DNA of 64,000 nt from an uncultured Planctomycetota bacterium (GCA_963845755.1 CAWJTV010000042.1:224001-288000), one strand, 5' to 3'. Positions 49,146 through 61,108 are shown, numbered from the stretch's first letter. The notes: generated from the sequence alone by a model not told the origin. Numbers and translations: made by a program.

Positions 49146-51892
49146 TCATCCCCACGTCCAGCTCCACTCGCTCTCGTCCGCCGGGAGCGACATGCTCCAC
49201 GTGATCCGGCCGCGGGGCTCGAGGATCGGCTCGGGCGTGGACGCGCTCGCCTGCCAGGGACCCAGCTCCTTCAGATCGGGGCAGGTCGAGCGCGACCTGG
49301 AGAGTGACAGGATGTTCGAGGCGGGTCCGTAGCTGGAGGTGGTGGACCTTGCCCCCGATCGGCCGCTGGAGTTGATAGGAGACCTCGCCGCAGGGGAACG
49401 ATCGCTTCATTCCCGTGTTGGGCCAGGACCCCGGGAGAACCGGGCTGAGGCTCAAACGGCGGTTGACCGCGTCGTAATCGAGTCCGCCCAGATCGAGCAT
49501 CGTATCGATGATCATCGCGTGTAATCTCCAGGCCGTCCCGCCCGGATTGGAAACCCGTCGGGCGGATTCGGTCGTGCGACCGGCCGATCGGAGGGTGAGC
49601 CCGAGCTGAGAGAGCCGGCCCAGGATGGCCTCGAGCATGGCCAGGGCACGAGTCCAGTGCCGCCCCGAGCCGGTTTCCCGCCCCAATTGGATCAGGAACC
49701 GGACCATCCAGAGGGTTGCCAGACTGGAGACCTCGTGCGGGTCGCCCGAACGGCCGATCCGACCGGACTCGTCGGGTACGAACGTCGCGCGAGACAGGAC
49801 GTTGGGATCCCCTTTGAGGGCGCTATTGATCCGCAGGATCGTCTCGGCGATCCGGACCAGTCGCGGGTCGGAGGCGGGGAGGAGGCCGAAGGGGACGGCC
49901 AGGCCGAGCATATTGATGTCCAAGATCTCGGCGCGATCGATGAGCTGGTCGGGATCGCCGGTCCAGAGGCCGCGCAGTTTGGAGACCCGGCGCGCCCGCA
50001 GGAAGCGGCCGGAGTCGGGGTCGACCAGCCCCGGAGATGCCGGACGGTTCGCCACCGACTCCGGAAGGATGCCTCCCTCCCAGATCCGATCCGCGAAGGC
50101 GCCCCACCGACCCGCCAATTCGTCGAGGCCGCGCTCGCCGGCCAGGCGGGCCGCCGCCCGGAGCCCGGCCACCACCGAGGCGTTCGAATACAGGAACGCG
50201 CCAAAAAGCTGATCATCGCTGCTCGCGGAGCTGATCAGGTTCAGATCCTCCAGCATGCGGAGTCCCGGGTGGCCGCCGGACTGGCCGCAGCAGACCCGCG
50301 CCGCCTGTTCCACCATCGGCCAGACCGCCGTGACCAGGTCTCGATCGCCCGTCCCCCGATAGTCAGCGCTCCAGGCCCCAGGGGATCATCGCCGTCTGGT
50401 CGACGGCCGGGGTCTCCCATTCCGGCGCTCCGTCGATCGAATATTTCTGACACCAGTAAAAGAACGGCCGGTGGTCATCGCGGACCCGATTGAGCCAGTG
50501 ATAGACCCCGCGATCGATCGCGGGGTGTCCCAGCCGTCCCAGGGCGCCACCCACCCAGATGGCCTCTCGCGGCCAGCAATAGGCGCTGAGACCCCGATCG
50601 AAACCCGAGGCGATGGCCCCCCACTCCGCGTCTGCGTGCAGCGCCGCGGCGAGGGCCGAGCGCCGCAAGCTCACGGCGAAGACCGGCTTGGGAAAATGAA
50701 GGTCGGGAATCGGCTCGATGAAGTCGTCCCACTCGCGGGCCGTCGTCTGTTCCACCTGGTCCAGGCTGGCGGAGCGAAACCAGTTCAGCGCCGGCCGCAG
50801 CCAGTGTTCAAAGGTCCCGCGATCGCCGGTCCAGCCCGTGAATGCACCGCTGATCAGCAGGTCGACGGCGACGGTCTGTCCCGCTGGCAATGTGATCGAC
50901 CGGTAGAGGATCGCTTCGTTGGGACCCGTCGGCTCGCATTCCACGTCGCCCCGAGTGTCCAGGGCCAGCGCGAACTCGATCGTGGCATCCCGCGCCAGCT
51001 TCAGGTTGGCGTGGCCGTGGCCGCGGTTGATTGCCAGCAAGGCCTTGTCAATATCGTGCCAGCTCAATCCCAGATCGCCGACCCCTCCGTTGATCTCCGC
51101 CTGGAGATAGACACCGAAGACCGCGACCTTCGACTCGTCGCCGTTGTTCGTGATGAAGAACCGCTTGAGATACTGCCCCGGCGACTTCTCATTACCGGCG
51201 TTCAGCGGGAGGCTCGCCCCCATCGCGACGAAGTCGGTCAGCAGGACCTGGATCGGCCCGTACCGCCAGTTCAGCTTGGTCGTCAGCAGGTTGGTCGCAC
51301 CCAGGTACTGCTGGAACGAATCCCACGGTCCGCGCTCGATGAACCAATCCAGGCGACGACCCACGGCCAGCCCGCCGATGATCGCGCGGAAGTGCGAACG
51401 GCTCCGGGGATTGTCGCCCTCGCGCGGGCGGACGGACGAATGGAGACCGACCGTGGGGAAGTAGACGTCATAGGTCGACCCGCGTCCATCGACCCGGGCC
51501 GTCATGTGGCGGTTCCCGACCAGGCCCTCCGCGTCGGGAATCGACGATTCGGTGGTTTCGGACTGGTCCGGCAAGTTGGGACGGACGATCGTATCCTGGT
51601 AAATGCTCTGTCTCTGCTCGCCCCCCTCTTGCTCGATGATGGCGCGGTAATGGAGCCGCGTTCCGATCCGCTGGGGCGGCACCGGCGCGTGCCAGAAACT
51701 ATTGCCGGCCTTGTTCTCGATCCAGTAGGCGGGCAGGAGACCGAGCTGCAAGTCGTCGGCCGCCAGCTCCAGCCAGGCGCGTTGATTCGCCTGGACCGGG
51801 TTCGACCCGATGACCACGACCGACCACATCCCCGCTCGCACCGGTCCGCCCAGACGGCCCTTCGCTGCTGTTTCGATCCATGTTGCCAGCAT
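49146..51892 (-). CDS. Glycoside hydrolase family 15-like (glucoamylase-like) protein; apparent frameshifts near 50365 and 49290
   Basis: GLVGNR.MTARVD..G...DVYFPTVG, GAIAS......YCWPR and W.....DQTA; continues in 50316-49290 with LYSNASVVAGL.AA, D.NMLGLAVPFG....DPR; C-terminus WSWTWG in a third frame. Confidence 0.82.
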
Positions 51893-52384
51893 CGCCAAAG
51901 TCACGGCGAAGGATACCACGGGGCTTCAGCCCCCGCGGTGGAATCGCCGCCCCCGTTGATCAGTATCAACGCATCTTGACTCGACCGTCCCGCAGGGCCC
52001 CACGGAATACCGACGGCCGACTTCCCGGCCGCTCAGCCCCCCGCAGTCCTGCTCGCTGCACAAGCAGGGCGGACCGACCGATTCTGCTGTTTACTGAAAT
52101 TGGCGCCAAGGGGAGACGCGCGCGAACTTCCCACACGAGGACCGGCGGCCTCGGAATATGACGATCGGAACGACCTGCGGGAAGGGAATGGGCGGATTGA
52201 GGGCGTGGCCGGGTATGCGCAGACCGGCAAACCCGGGGAGAGCCGTGCGACCCTCACGAGGAAGACGAAATGATCCGGACGACCCGAAGGAGAATGGCGG
52301 GTGTGGCGAAATGGCGCAGGCTGAACCCTCACCCGTCTCGGGCACTCCCGACGCGACGGGGCGGGCAAGTCACCACGACAGGCA

Positions 52385-52582
52385 TCACCGGCTCAAGGCA
52401 ACCGGCTGGGCAGCCGGCGACTTCAATGAACGCTGCGGGGCGATCTCTTCTCGGTAGACCGGCACATCGTGCGGGGCTTCAATACCGATCCGAATCTGGT
52501 TCCGGTCGATCTTAACGACCGTCACCAAAATGTTGTCCCCGATGACAATCTTCTCCCCCAGCTTCCTGCTTAGAACCAGCAT
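52385..52582 (-). CDS. csrA: Carbon storage regulator / translational repressor
   Basis: [23 protein letters not shown]...[18 protein letters not shown]. Confidence 0.96.
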   Translation of the reverse strand: MLVLSRKLGEKIVIGDNILVTVVKIDRNQIRIGIEAPHDVPVYREEIAPQRSLKSPAAQPVALSR

Positions 52583-52956
52583 GATCATCTCCCGGTGGAT
52601 CTCGATACTCGATCTCTCGTTCCCGAATTACCACGCTCGAGGCGCGATCATGTATATAGCATCTCCTGTGCCAACTCGCTTCAAACGAAACCGTTCATCG
52701 TCAGAAAGCCTTGTTGATACGGTTGTTACATCAGACGCTGCCGGAATCTAATCACCTGTCTACTGAACATAAGAATGTCAACCTGGTCGCTCTTTCTCCA
52801 GCGGGGATTGTAAAAAGGGGAAGTGAGGTTGGCTTCTTGATCACGAGCGTTGGTTTTCCGCGATTCCTTTCGACGGGGGGGCGCGGCGGCGGCTCGGGGA
52901 ATCGCAAAGTTAAGCTAAACGACGTCTTCCGATTGGTCCCTCGATATCAGAGATTC

Positions 52957-54040
52957 CTATTGGACCGCTTGCAAGAGAGACTCGGCCGTTCGCTGCCAGG
53001 GGAACGCTTTGGCCGTGGCGATTCCCGATTCGTTGCGAGGGAGGACCCCGTCCTGTCTCAGTCGGTGGACCTCGCGCAGGTGGTGGACCATCTGCTCCAT
53101 CTGGGACGCGCCGAGCCTGGCCCAGCTCCCCGGACCGAGGCTCATCTGGACATCGCGAGCCGGCTCGGTCTCGTCGACGTGCACCAGACGGCAGTTCGCC
53201 TCGGTGACGAATTCGGTGTGGGCCGAGTAAACGGTCGCGATGACGTTCAGCCCGACCGACATGCATTCGAGCAGACCGAGGTTCCATCCCTCGGCGCAGG
53301 GATGGGAAGACGCCGCAGTCGCACCCGGCGATCAGGTCGGCCACCTCATGCTGGCTCGGCAGTCGCGGTACCAGCCGCACCCTCGAGCCCACGGCCGAAT
53401 TGAGGAACATCCGTGCCCACTCGTCGTTGGCTGGCTGTGCCAGTGCGTAATTGCTGCTCAACAACGTGATCAGGACATCGTCGCGGGGCGTGAACGCATT
53501 GCAGAAGGCTTCGAGGAGGAAGTCGTGCCCCTTGCGCCGTTCCCATTTGCCGTTGTTGACGAAGACGGTGGGTCCCGCTCTGCGTCCTCGATCGCCCGCG
53601 CCGATCGCCTCGTGGAAGACGGAGCGGTCAACGCCGAGCGGGACGACCGCCGTAGGGACCGTGAGACCGCGGGCCGCGACGACGCCGGCCGCCCATCGCG
53701 ATGCCACCAGGATCAGATCCAACTGGTTGAGGTGGTGGACCGCCCCGGGCTCGAAGTGGTCGAGCTCGAAGAACGGGAAGCCCACGTGCTTGCCCCGACC
53801 GACATGCTCCGCCTGCATCATCGCGGGACAGATCCGGACACTCGGCGCCATCGGATCGTACTGAGTCGCGTTTGCGAGGCCGAGCGCGACGGGGTCCTGC
53901 TTGTTCTGGCTGAATGGCCCGGGATTGCCGACCGGGAAGAGGGCGACCTGGACGCCGGCCATCGTCAGTTCGTGCAGGATATAACGGCCGGGGTAGCCGT
54001 ATCCCATCAGACCGAGTGGGGTCAGCAGGTTGAGATTCAT
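52957..54040 (-). CDS. Glycosyltransferase family 4 (GT-B); apparent frameshift near 53295
   Basis: PLGVD...F, NGKWERRKG.D.L..AF and DC.VFPS, then AEGWNLGLLE (EX7E) and .SVGL.VIAT.YSAHTEF in the next frame. Confidence 0.85.
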
Positions 54041-54490
54041 CGTGGGTGCTGCCGGGGTCGCGCAATGAACTCGCCAGGGCGGGCCGTCCTCCGAGCGGAC
54101 GGACGCGTCGGGTTGGTATTCTATGACGCCGATTGGCCGCTCGCTACGTGGTCGAACGTCCCTCTTCACGGTGGCTCGTGTGGGACCAGGCCGAGAACAT
54201 TCGGGCCGAGCCATCGAGCTCGAGGATGCCCCCAACGCGCGAGGTGCCCGTTCATGGTGGGGACCGCCCTGCCCCTGGGTTCGTTGTGGGCGATGATTCT
54301 CGCACTCCTCTCCTGTGTGTTGCTAATGATTCGGACCCCAGTCGGAAAAGCGAACATTGCCGGCCGAGCTGGCGGGCTACAAAGAGTACACGCAGAGGGT
54401 TCGCTCGCGTTGGATTCCAGGGGTGTGATAAGGTTGCGCGGCAAGTTCGGGGCTCGTGGTGAGACGTTCAACCCGCTTTGGCACCGGCTT

Positions 54491-55198
54491 TCAGCGCGAT
54501 GCCGCCGCGATCCGGACCGTGTCTGCCTTGGACAGGAGCTTGGCCGAGATCGCGTTGGCGAGCATTTCGACGTCAGCGACCGCCCGCAAGATCGAGTCGC
54601 CCGCCGCGCCTCGGGAGTAAAGCGGGGCGAGGTTACTGATCAGCGTCAGCATCTCGGTGCAGAAGAGTAGGTAGGTGTAGTCGATGTTCAGGGACGAGAG
54701 GGAATTCGCGGGATTGGGATAGTACAGATCGGGCGTGTAGTACAGTTGCGTGATGTCGATGACGTGGATGAAGTCGCGCAGTTGCTCGATGGACCCCAAG
54801 GCCTTCCGGCGCTTGATCCGGGCCTCGAGCGTGAGGAACGACCAGAGAGCCCCGGCGAGGATGACCAGGAGATTGAATCCGGCATCGGTGGCTTCGAAGA
54901 CCTCGGTGATCGTGCCGAACTCCCACCGGGCGTGGATATGGCGGGCGAGATACCAGAGACCAAGGAGCGTCCCGCAGACCGCCAGAATGGAAGCGATCCG
55001 GATGGCCAGGATCGGTCGTCGTGCCTCGCGAGCTCGCTCCTCGGTCTGGCGCGCGACCTGCGCCAGCTCGGCCGCGAGGCCGGCGAGAGTGCTCTCCAGC
55101 AACTTCTCGCTGACGCGCCGAGCCAGGTGATCCGCGGTCTCGATGATCTTGGCAGGGTCGAGCCGATGCCTCTCCCGCATCGTTGAGTCAGGTTTCAT
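54491..55198 (-). CDS. Hypothetical membrane protein (2 TM)
   Basis: LDPAKIIET...L..RV.E; two hydrophobic helices; LE.RIKRRKAL.....LR...HVIDITQL. Confidence 0.7.
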   Translation of the reverse strand: MKPDSTMRERHRLDPAKIIETADHLARRVSEKLLESTLAGLAAELAQVARQTEERAREARRPILAIRIASILAVCGTLLGLWYLARHIHARWEFGTITEVFEATDAGFNLLVILAGALWSFLTLEARIKRRKALGSIEQLRDFIHVIDITQLYYTPDLYYPNPANSLSSLNIDYTYLLFCTEMLTLISNLAPLYSRGAAGDSILRAVADVEMLANAISAKLLSKADTVRIAAASR

Positions 55199-55422
55199 GA
55201 GCGATCTCTCATCGATCCCGGCGGACTGACTTTCGAAACGTTCGCCCTTGGAAACTCGTCGGGAGCCGCAACACGGCCACCCAACTATACCCTGCTCGGG
55301 GCCCGCGTGAAGATCACCGATTGAAAGGGGTTGTCGGTTCAAGAGTAATAAGTGGGAAGCTAGGAGACCGTCGCAAGAGAACCGGGTTCTCCTCCGAGGG
55401 AGTCTCGGTGGGCCCATGGGAT

Positions 55423-55537
55423 TCTCGTTCCCATGCTCCCGCGTGGGAACGTCCGCTAGCGACGCTCCGCGTCGTCCGGTCCGCAGGCCGCGGAGCGGCC
55501 AGGAGGGCCGTTCCCACGCGGGAACGTGGGAACGAGA
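55423..55537. repeat. REP doublet (REPIN-like), CTCGTTCCCA family
   Basis: tctcgttcccatgctcccgcgtgggaacg / cgttcccacgcgggaacgtgggaacgaga; a related single copy lies at 57061-57091. Confidence 0.8.
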
Positions 55538-55773
55538 TCAATAGGATAGCCTGAGGCAAAAAAAGGTAATAACTAATAGATCGTTGCATCTTGATTTGCG
55601 GGTGATTGAATTTATTAGTTATTTCCTCTTTTCGCCCTCGTTCCCTGCGGATATTGGGGATCGGGCAATCTACGGAGAGGCACGTTTCCATGTCGACCGA
55701 CGACGAGTCAAGGATCCGCGCCATCCGCGATGGACCGTGATCGCCATGGCGTCGAGCGAGTCTGCCCGCGCGC

Positions 55774-56825
55774 TCAGGGCCGCGGGGCCTTGAGCTTGGC
55801 GATGAGGAAATCGATCATGGAGGCGTAATCGGCGTCCTTGTGTCCCGGGTAGGCGAGGTGAGCCTCGACGCCGGCCTCATGGAGCTTCTCAACCAGGGGC
55901 AGAGCAAGGACGGCCGAGTGCGTCGGGTCGCGCTGGGTTTCGCCGAGGCGGGCGGGCTTGTCCTGAGCGGGATAGTCCAGGAACACGGGCGGGTCGCCGG
56001 TGCCGGCATGTTCGTAGGGCGAGTATTCCTTGATCCAGGGGAGTACCTCGTCGCGGTGCTCGTAGAACGCCTGGAACTCCTCTGGACCACGCTGGCCGGG
56101 TTTGCGGAATCCAAATGCGTGGCCGCCGTACGTCATGTTCGGGATCCACTCGCGGAGCTGCTTCGGATCCAGCGCGGTCTGCGCGCCGAGACGGCCGCGC
56201 AGGTCAGACGGGTCGATTCGCGGGCGATGGGGTCCGGGCTGGCCGGGTTGCTCATGTCGTCGTGAAACGCCAACCAGAGCGAGGAGCAGGCTCCGGCCGA
56301 GCCGCCGGTTGCACCAATCCGCGTCTTGTCGATGTTCCACCCACTGGCTCTCGAGCGGAGGAATTGCACGGCGTGTGCGGCGTCTTCCAAGGGCCACTTC
56401 ACCGGCGGTTTGATGCCAGCGTCCTGGGCCTGAGTAACGAACCGGTAGTTGATCGCCGCGACCGAGATCCCCGCCTTGCGCAGCCGATCGATGTTGGTCT
56501 CGCCGATTCCCCACTTGTCGCCGTTGACCCAGCCGCCGCCGTGGATGTACACAACCAGCGGTGTGGGGGTTGCCGACTCCGCCTGGTAGAAGTCCAACAC
56601 CTGCCGTGCGTGGTCGCCATAGGCGACGTCGGCGTGGGTCGGCGGAACCGGAGGGCGAGTGGGCCGGGCCGCGCCTTTCTTCGCTGGGGTCTTGGTCTTC
56701 GCCTGAGGCTTGGTGGTCGGAGCAGCCTCGGACTTCTCCCCTTGGGCGAGGACGACCGACGGCAGGGCGAGTATGGCCGTGAAGGACGCGGCAAACCAGG
56801 GCGACGCAGGGTGGAGGCGTATCAT
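55774..56825 (-). CDS. Exported alpha/beta hydrolase (BD-FAE/HSL-like); apparent frameshift near 56185
   Basis: Signal peptide; YIHGGGW..GDK, INYRF and IGATGGSAGA; C-terminus EYSPY......DPPVFL.Y...DPTHSA in the other frame. Confidence 0.85.
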
Positions 56826-57449
56826 GGGGTACCTCACAGGACGCGATCCCCGAGGTGCGTCGTCCACAGCGTGACGCTCCGAGGCGGGAATCTCGAACCA
56901 CAGCATACGCGGCGCGCTTGTGGGAGTCATCGTCCGACCGGGATTCCGGTAGAGTCAGAGCTTGCGAAAGAATCGGATTCAAGATTCCGAATTCCAGATT
57001 TAATAATCCTAAGTCTCTGATTCATCGGGCTTAACATCCATTCGGAATCTTGAATTGGGTTCTCGTTCCCATGCGGGAGTATGGAAACAAGTCGTTCGCA
57101 AGTCTTGTCCTTTCTCCTGGTTAACGCTCATTCAACGGTATTGGGTCTAGTCTCCACCCCTTTCTTTTTTTTGGATTTTCGCAACTGACGCCCAGGCCAG
57201 GAGTTCGGATCGCTGGTGTCCCGTTTTCACGCTTAGGTGCATTAACGGATTTCCAAACTTGCGGCATCCTGATAGGTAGGGGTGCGACACGAACCTGCGG
57301 ATGTGCCCCCCAGCGGTTGCGTCGAGTCCAATTCGCCTCTGCTGAGGGAATCAAGCGTAAATTCTTGGATGGAAGGACTCATGAGTCAATGCTTGCTATC
57401 TTCAGTGTTTGACGAACAAACCCATGAGTTGCAGGATTCCCAAACCGCG

Positions 57450-57546
57450 AAAACGAACCCAAAAGCCCAGGCCGCGCGTGCCGAGACCCGCAAAACGAAC
57501 CCAAAAGCTCACGCGGCGCGACCAAGAATTCGCGAAACAAACCCAA
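57450..57546. repeat. Three degenerate direct repeats at 42-bp period (aaaacgaacccaaaagc)
   Basis: Identical 17-mers at 57450 and 57492; a degenerate third copy at 57534. Confidence 0.7.
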
Positions 57547-57770
57547 GCAACCGCACAGTCCACCTGATCGGTGAATTCTCGCTAATCGACAAAGCAACCC
57601 TATCCATCCGAAAAGTGCTAATCATCCCAGTTCATAAGATCGTCATGATCGGGAGAACCAGCGCCGTTGTGTTCTCCGGGAACGATCGTCCCGCTCCGAA
57701 ATGGGTCTGCTCAGCGTTGCCAGAATGCCGAGGGTCAATGCTGGCGGGCGTCCCGGTCCACCTCGACTCC

Positions 57771-58484
57771 TCAGCCCGACGGTACCTCGCCGATCCGCAA
57801 GGGGCGGAAGCCGATCGCATCGGCGGCGACGCAGTGATAGCGAACGCCGCGGACCAGACCCTGCACGGCAAGGGCCCATTGGCTCTCGATATGAAGATGT
57901 CCATAAACACAGGCAGTGACCCCAGCGCTTTCCCATTGCTCAACCCACGGACCAGGCTGCCCATTTGGGTCGAACGGGGGATAATGCCAGAGGACATAAA
58001 CCGGCTGTTCGGCATTCTCCCGGATGCGGTTCGCCTGGTCCAGCGCACATCCCAGGGCGTCGAGCTCCCGATCGACGGTGACCGGATCGGCGGCCGGGTC
58101 GTCGTCGCGAGGAGCGGGGGTTCCGCGCGTCCCGCAGACGACCACCCCTTGGATGGCCGCGGCGTCCCCATCCACGGCGATCATCGAGCGGCGCAGGAGC
58201 CGTCGGACGGCCGCGACGTGGTTCCACCATCGATCGTGATTTCCGGGTGCGAGCACCTTCGTGCCGGGCAGCCGTCCCAGCCATTCCAGGTCCGGCTGGA
58301 GCTCGCGATGGTTCCGGGCCATCGAGAAGTCGCCCGGCAGGAGCACCACGTCTCGCGGCTGGACCGCTTCGCGCCAGTTCTGCTCGATCTTCAGGGCATG
58401 ATCTCGCCAGCGGGCCGCGTAACGCTCGCGACGGTCGGGCCGGGCGAAGGACAGATGCAGGTCCGAGATCGCCCAGACGTTCAT
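57771..58484 (-). CDS. Calcineurin-like metallophosphoesterase
   Basis: ISDLH, LPGD, PGNHD, HYPP and YGHLH motifs. Confidence 0.9.
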   Translation of the reverse strand: MNVWAISDLHLSFARPDRRERYAARWRDHALKIEQNWREAVQPRDVVLLPGDFSMARNHRELQPDLEWLGRLPGTKVLAPGNHDRWWNHVAAVRRLLRRSMIAVDGDAAAIQGVVVCGTRGTPAPRDDDPAADPVTVDRELDALGCALDQANRIRENAEQPVYVLWHYPPFDPNGQPGPWVEQWESAGVTACVYGHLHIESQWALAVQGLVRGVRYHCVAADAIGFRPLRIGEVPSG

Positions 58485-59149
58485 TGCGGAGTGACGAAGC
58501 CGGCCCCGTCCCCGACGAAGGGATTGGTCCGCCGCTCGTGGCCGACGGTCGTGGCCGGGCCGTGTCCCGGGAAGACCCGTGTGGCGTCGGGGAGCGAAAA
58601 CAGCTTCTCGTGGATCCCCGAGCGGAGCAACGGGAAGTCGCCGCCGAGGTCCGTCCGGCCGACGGAACCGGCGAAGAGGACATCACCGCCAAAAACGAGG
58701 GGAGGGTCGAACTCGTCGCAAATGTAAATCACCGAGCCGGGGCTGTGGCCCGGGATCTCCCGGACCGTGAACGTGAATCCGGCCGCCTCGAACTGTTCGC
58801 CGTCTTCCACCAACCGATCGGCATCGGGGCTGCGGATCGGGAGCCCGAAGGTGGCGCTCATGTTCGCCTCGGGGTCGCGGAGCAGGTGCGCCTCGTTGCG
58901 TCCGATGATCAGGGGCACGTCGGGGAACGCCGCCTTCATCGCCTGGTTGCCCGCGATGTGGTCCACATGGCCGTGCGTGTTGAGGATCGCCGCGGGCCGT
59001 CGTTGCTCGCGGCCCAGCAGGTCGAGGATCGATCGGGGATCGAAACCGGGATCGACAACAATGGCGTCGGTCCGCCCGGGCCGCCAGAACACGTAACTGA
59101 CCTGGCCGAACGGCGGCGATTCAACCGTTTCCATCGTGAATTCCGGCAC
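58481..59149 (-). CDS. MBL-fold metallo-hydrolase (glyoxalase II/YcbL-like)
   Basis: VDPG, THGHVDH, PGHSPGS, GDVLF.GSVGRTDL and PGHG motifs. Confidence 0.92.
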   Translation of the reverse strand: MPEFTMETVESPPFGQVSYVFWRPGRTDAIVVDPGFDPRSILDLLGREQRRPAAILNTHGHVDHIAGNQAMKAAFPDVPLIIGRNEAHLLRDPEANMSATFGLPIRSPDADRLVEDGEQFEAAGFTFTVREIPGHSPGSVIYICDEFDPPLVFGGDVLFAGSVGRTDLGGDFPLLRSGIHEKLFSLPDATRVFPGHGPATTVGHERRTNPFVGDGAGFVTPQ

Positions 59150-59570
59150 GGATGTCGTACTCCTCTCTCTCCGTAAAAACGCTGCAGGCCGCCATCATCC
59201 CCCCGGCTCGGATAGGACGCCGGACCCCCGGGTTTGAAAAGATAACAGGCATTTGTAATCTCGGGCGCGTCGATCTTCTCGGTTATATCAATTCGGGAGG
59301 GTTTCTAGCCAGGTTTCTGCGAAAAGCGAGCGGATTTCGAGGCTGGCCCGCGAATTGCTCCACAGCTCCCCGCGGCGGATCTCGGACGTAACTCAACCCC
59401 TGAGCCAGGGCGTGTTTCCATCCCGATAATTCGCAGGACTCCGGCAAACAGACTCCCTCGATCCTTCCCATGCAGTATGATAAGCTAGAGATAAAAGGGC
59501 ATTCTGATTGTCGGGCGGGCATTTCTTTTCACCCCCAATCCCGTGGCCAGCGAGCTGGAAGCCAATCCTC

Positions 59571-60626
59571 ATGTCCATCCCAATGAGTGGGTCGGTCGTT
59601 CTAACGAGCCGTGTGACGAGCCGAAGCAGGAGACGACTTTTCCTCATCGGGGTGGGCCTCGCGGCGTTGACCTGCGCCGTGTGGGTGGAGGTTCGAGGGA
59701 CCAGGGCGCATCCTCTGACCGGCTCGCGCGGACTCGTGAGAGCGGGCGCACTGGGACACGAGAAAAGGGTGTTCGAGGCGCCAAGCCTCCCCGCTCTTCG
59801 TGTCGCGGACGCCAGCGAGCCCGTCATCGGCTCGGGGCCGAATCGAGCCGACAGCGGCGCGATCGAATCGTACATCACTCTGAAGCCGGCCGCATCGGGA
59901 CACTCGGTCGCCAAGAGCTGCGACCTGCGCGGAATCGCCACCGCGCGGGCGATCACCGCCATCGAGGAGTGCCAGGCCAAGTACGAGGCAATCCGCGACT
60001 ACACCTGCACGTTTTCCAAGCGGGAGCGGATCAAAGGACGACTAACTCCCGTCCACGTGCTTGCCATGAAGGTGCGGACCAAACCCAGGAGCATCTACAT
60101 CCGGTTCCAGCAGCCCGCCAAGGGACGCGAGGCCATTTACATCGCCGGTCAAAACGATGGCAAAGTGCTGGCCCATGATGTCGGCCTGAACAAGCTGCTT
60201 GCGGGGACCCTCCGGCTCGAGCCCACCGGGAGCCGTGCCATGGAAGACAATCGCCACCCGATCACCGAGGCCGGCATCGGACCGTTGCTCGACACGCTGG
60301 AGACCCGCTGGTCCTCGGAGCTGGACCCCTCGGAAACCGTTGTCTTCATCCGAAACGACCAGGAGGTGGACGGCCGCAACTGTACGATGATTGAAACCAC
60401 GCACCCCTGCCGGCAGACGGAATACATGTTCTACCGCGTCCGCCTCTTCATCGACGGCGAACTCGGTCTGCCCATTCACTTCGAGGCCTACGATTGGCCG
60501 GGTTCACCCGAGGTCCCGCCGGATTTGATGGAGGAATACACCTACAAGGACATCAAGCTCAATGTCGGACTAAGCGACCACGACTTCGACGTCTCCAACG
60601 CCAATTACGCCTTCGGCCGATTCTGA
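59571..60626 (+). CDS. DUF1571-like exported protein
   Basis: TM leader; IRDYTCTF.KRERI.G.L, KVR..P.S.Y..F..P..GREAIY..G.N.G, L.P....AM..NRHPIT.AG and EEYTY..I.LNVGL.D.DF. Confidence 0.8.
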   Translation: MSIPMSGSVVLTSRVTSRSRRRLFLIGVGLAALTCAVWVEVRGTRAHPLTGSRGLVRAGALGHEKRVFEAPSLPALRVADASEPVIGSGPNRADSGAIESYITLKPAASGHSVAKSCDLRGIATARAITAIEECQAKYEAIRDYTCTFSKRERIKGRLTPVHVLAMKVRTKPRSIYIRFQQPAKGREAIYIAGQNDGKVLAHDVGLNKLLAGTLRLEPTGSRAMEDNRHPITEAGIGPLLDTLETRWSSELDPSETVVFIRNDQEVDGRNCTMIETTHPCRQTEYMFYRVRLFIDGELGLPIHFEAYDWPGSPEVPPDLMEEYTYKDIKLNVGLSDHDFDVSNANYAFGRF

Positions 60627-60893
60627 CCCCTCAGTCCTCCAAAGCTTTTCCAAGCCTAGATAGGCACGCCGGCTCCACGACTGGCACGGCGTACGCCCGA
60701 TGTCCGGCATCGCCCGACACCTCGACCTGGTCATTTCGAGCGGTGTAATCCTCACGATCGAGTCGGCCGGATTCCGATACTACCTCTAACCCAGGCGGCT
60801 TCGCGCGGGGAGAGAGTCAGGTGGAGGCCGCCCTGGAGGGGTGGTCTCGCGAAAGACGAGAAAATGCGGAGATTTATCCGCCAGGAAGGGACC

Positions 60894-60922
60894 TTGGCAG
60901 GGAACGGACACTACGCTAGAAT
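60894..60922 (+). promoter_or_regulatory. sigma70-type promoter upstream of rimI
   Basis: TTGGCA-N17-TAGAAT. Confidence 0.45.
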
Positions 60923-61108
60923 CCGCCCCGCCTCGAGGCCCCTGACGAGGCAGAGATCCGATGCACTTCCGTTCTCGTTGGGGGCAACCCTCTCCACGGC
61001 ACCGCGACCGCCGAAGTTGCTGGTTTAATATCGCAATGTCCGAGCCGATCGTACCCGGGCGGCGATACGGTCGTCGTACATTCGTTCTGTTCCATGCAAG
61101 GAGGCGCG

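Noticed and set aside
57279..57300. gggtgcgac motif resembling an IS terminal repeat
   Set aside because: No partner inverted repeat, target duplication or transposase remnant found.
57450..57546. CRISPR-like repeat-spacer pattern
   Set aside because: Only 2-3 units, a 17-bp non-palindromic repeat, spacers similar to each other, and no cas genes.
57282..58727. 481-aa + strand ORF
   Set aside because: Mostly antisense to the metallophosphoesterase and MBL genes, with no recognisable domain.
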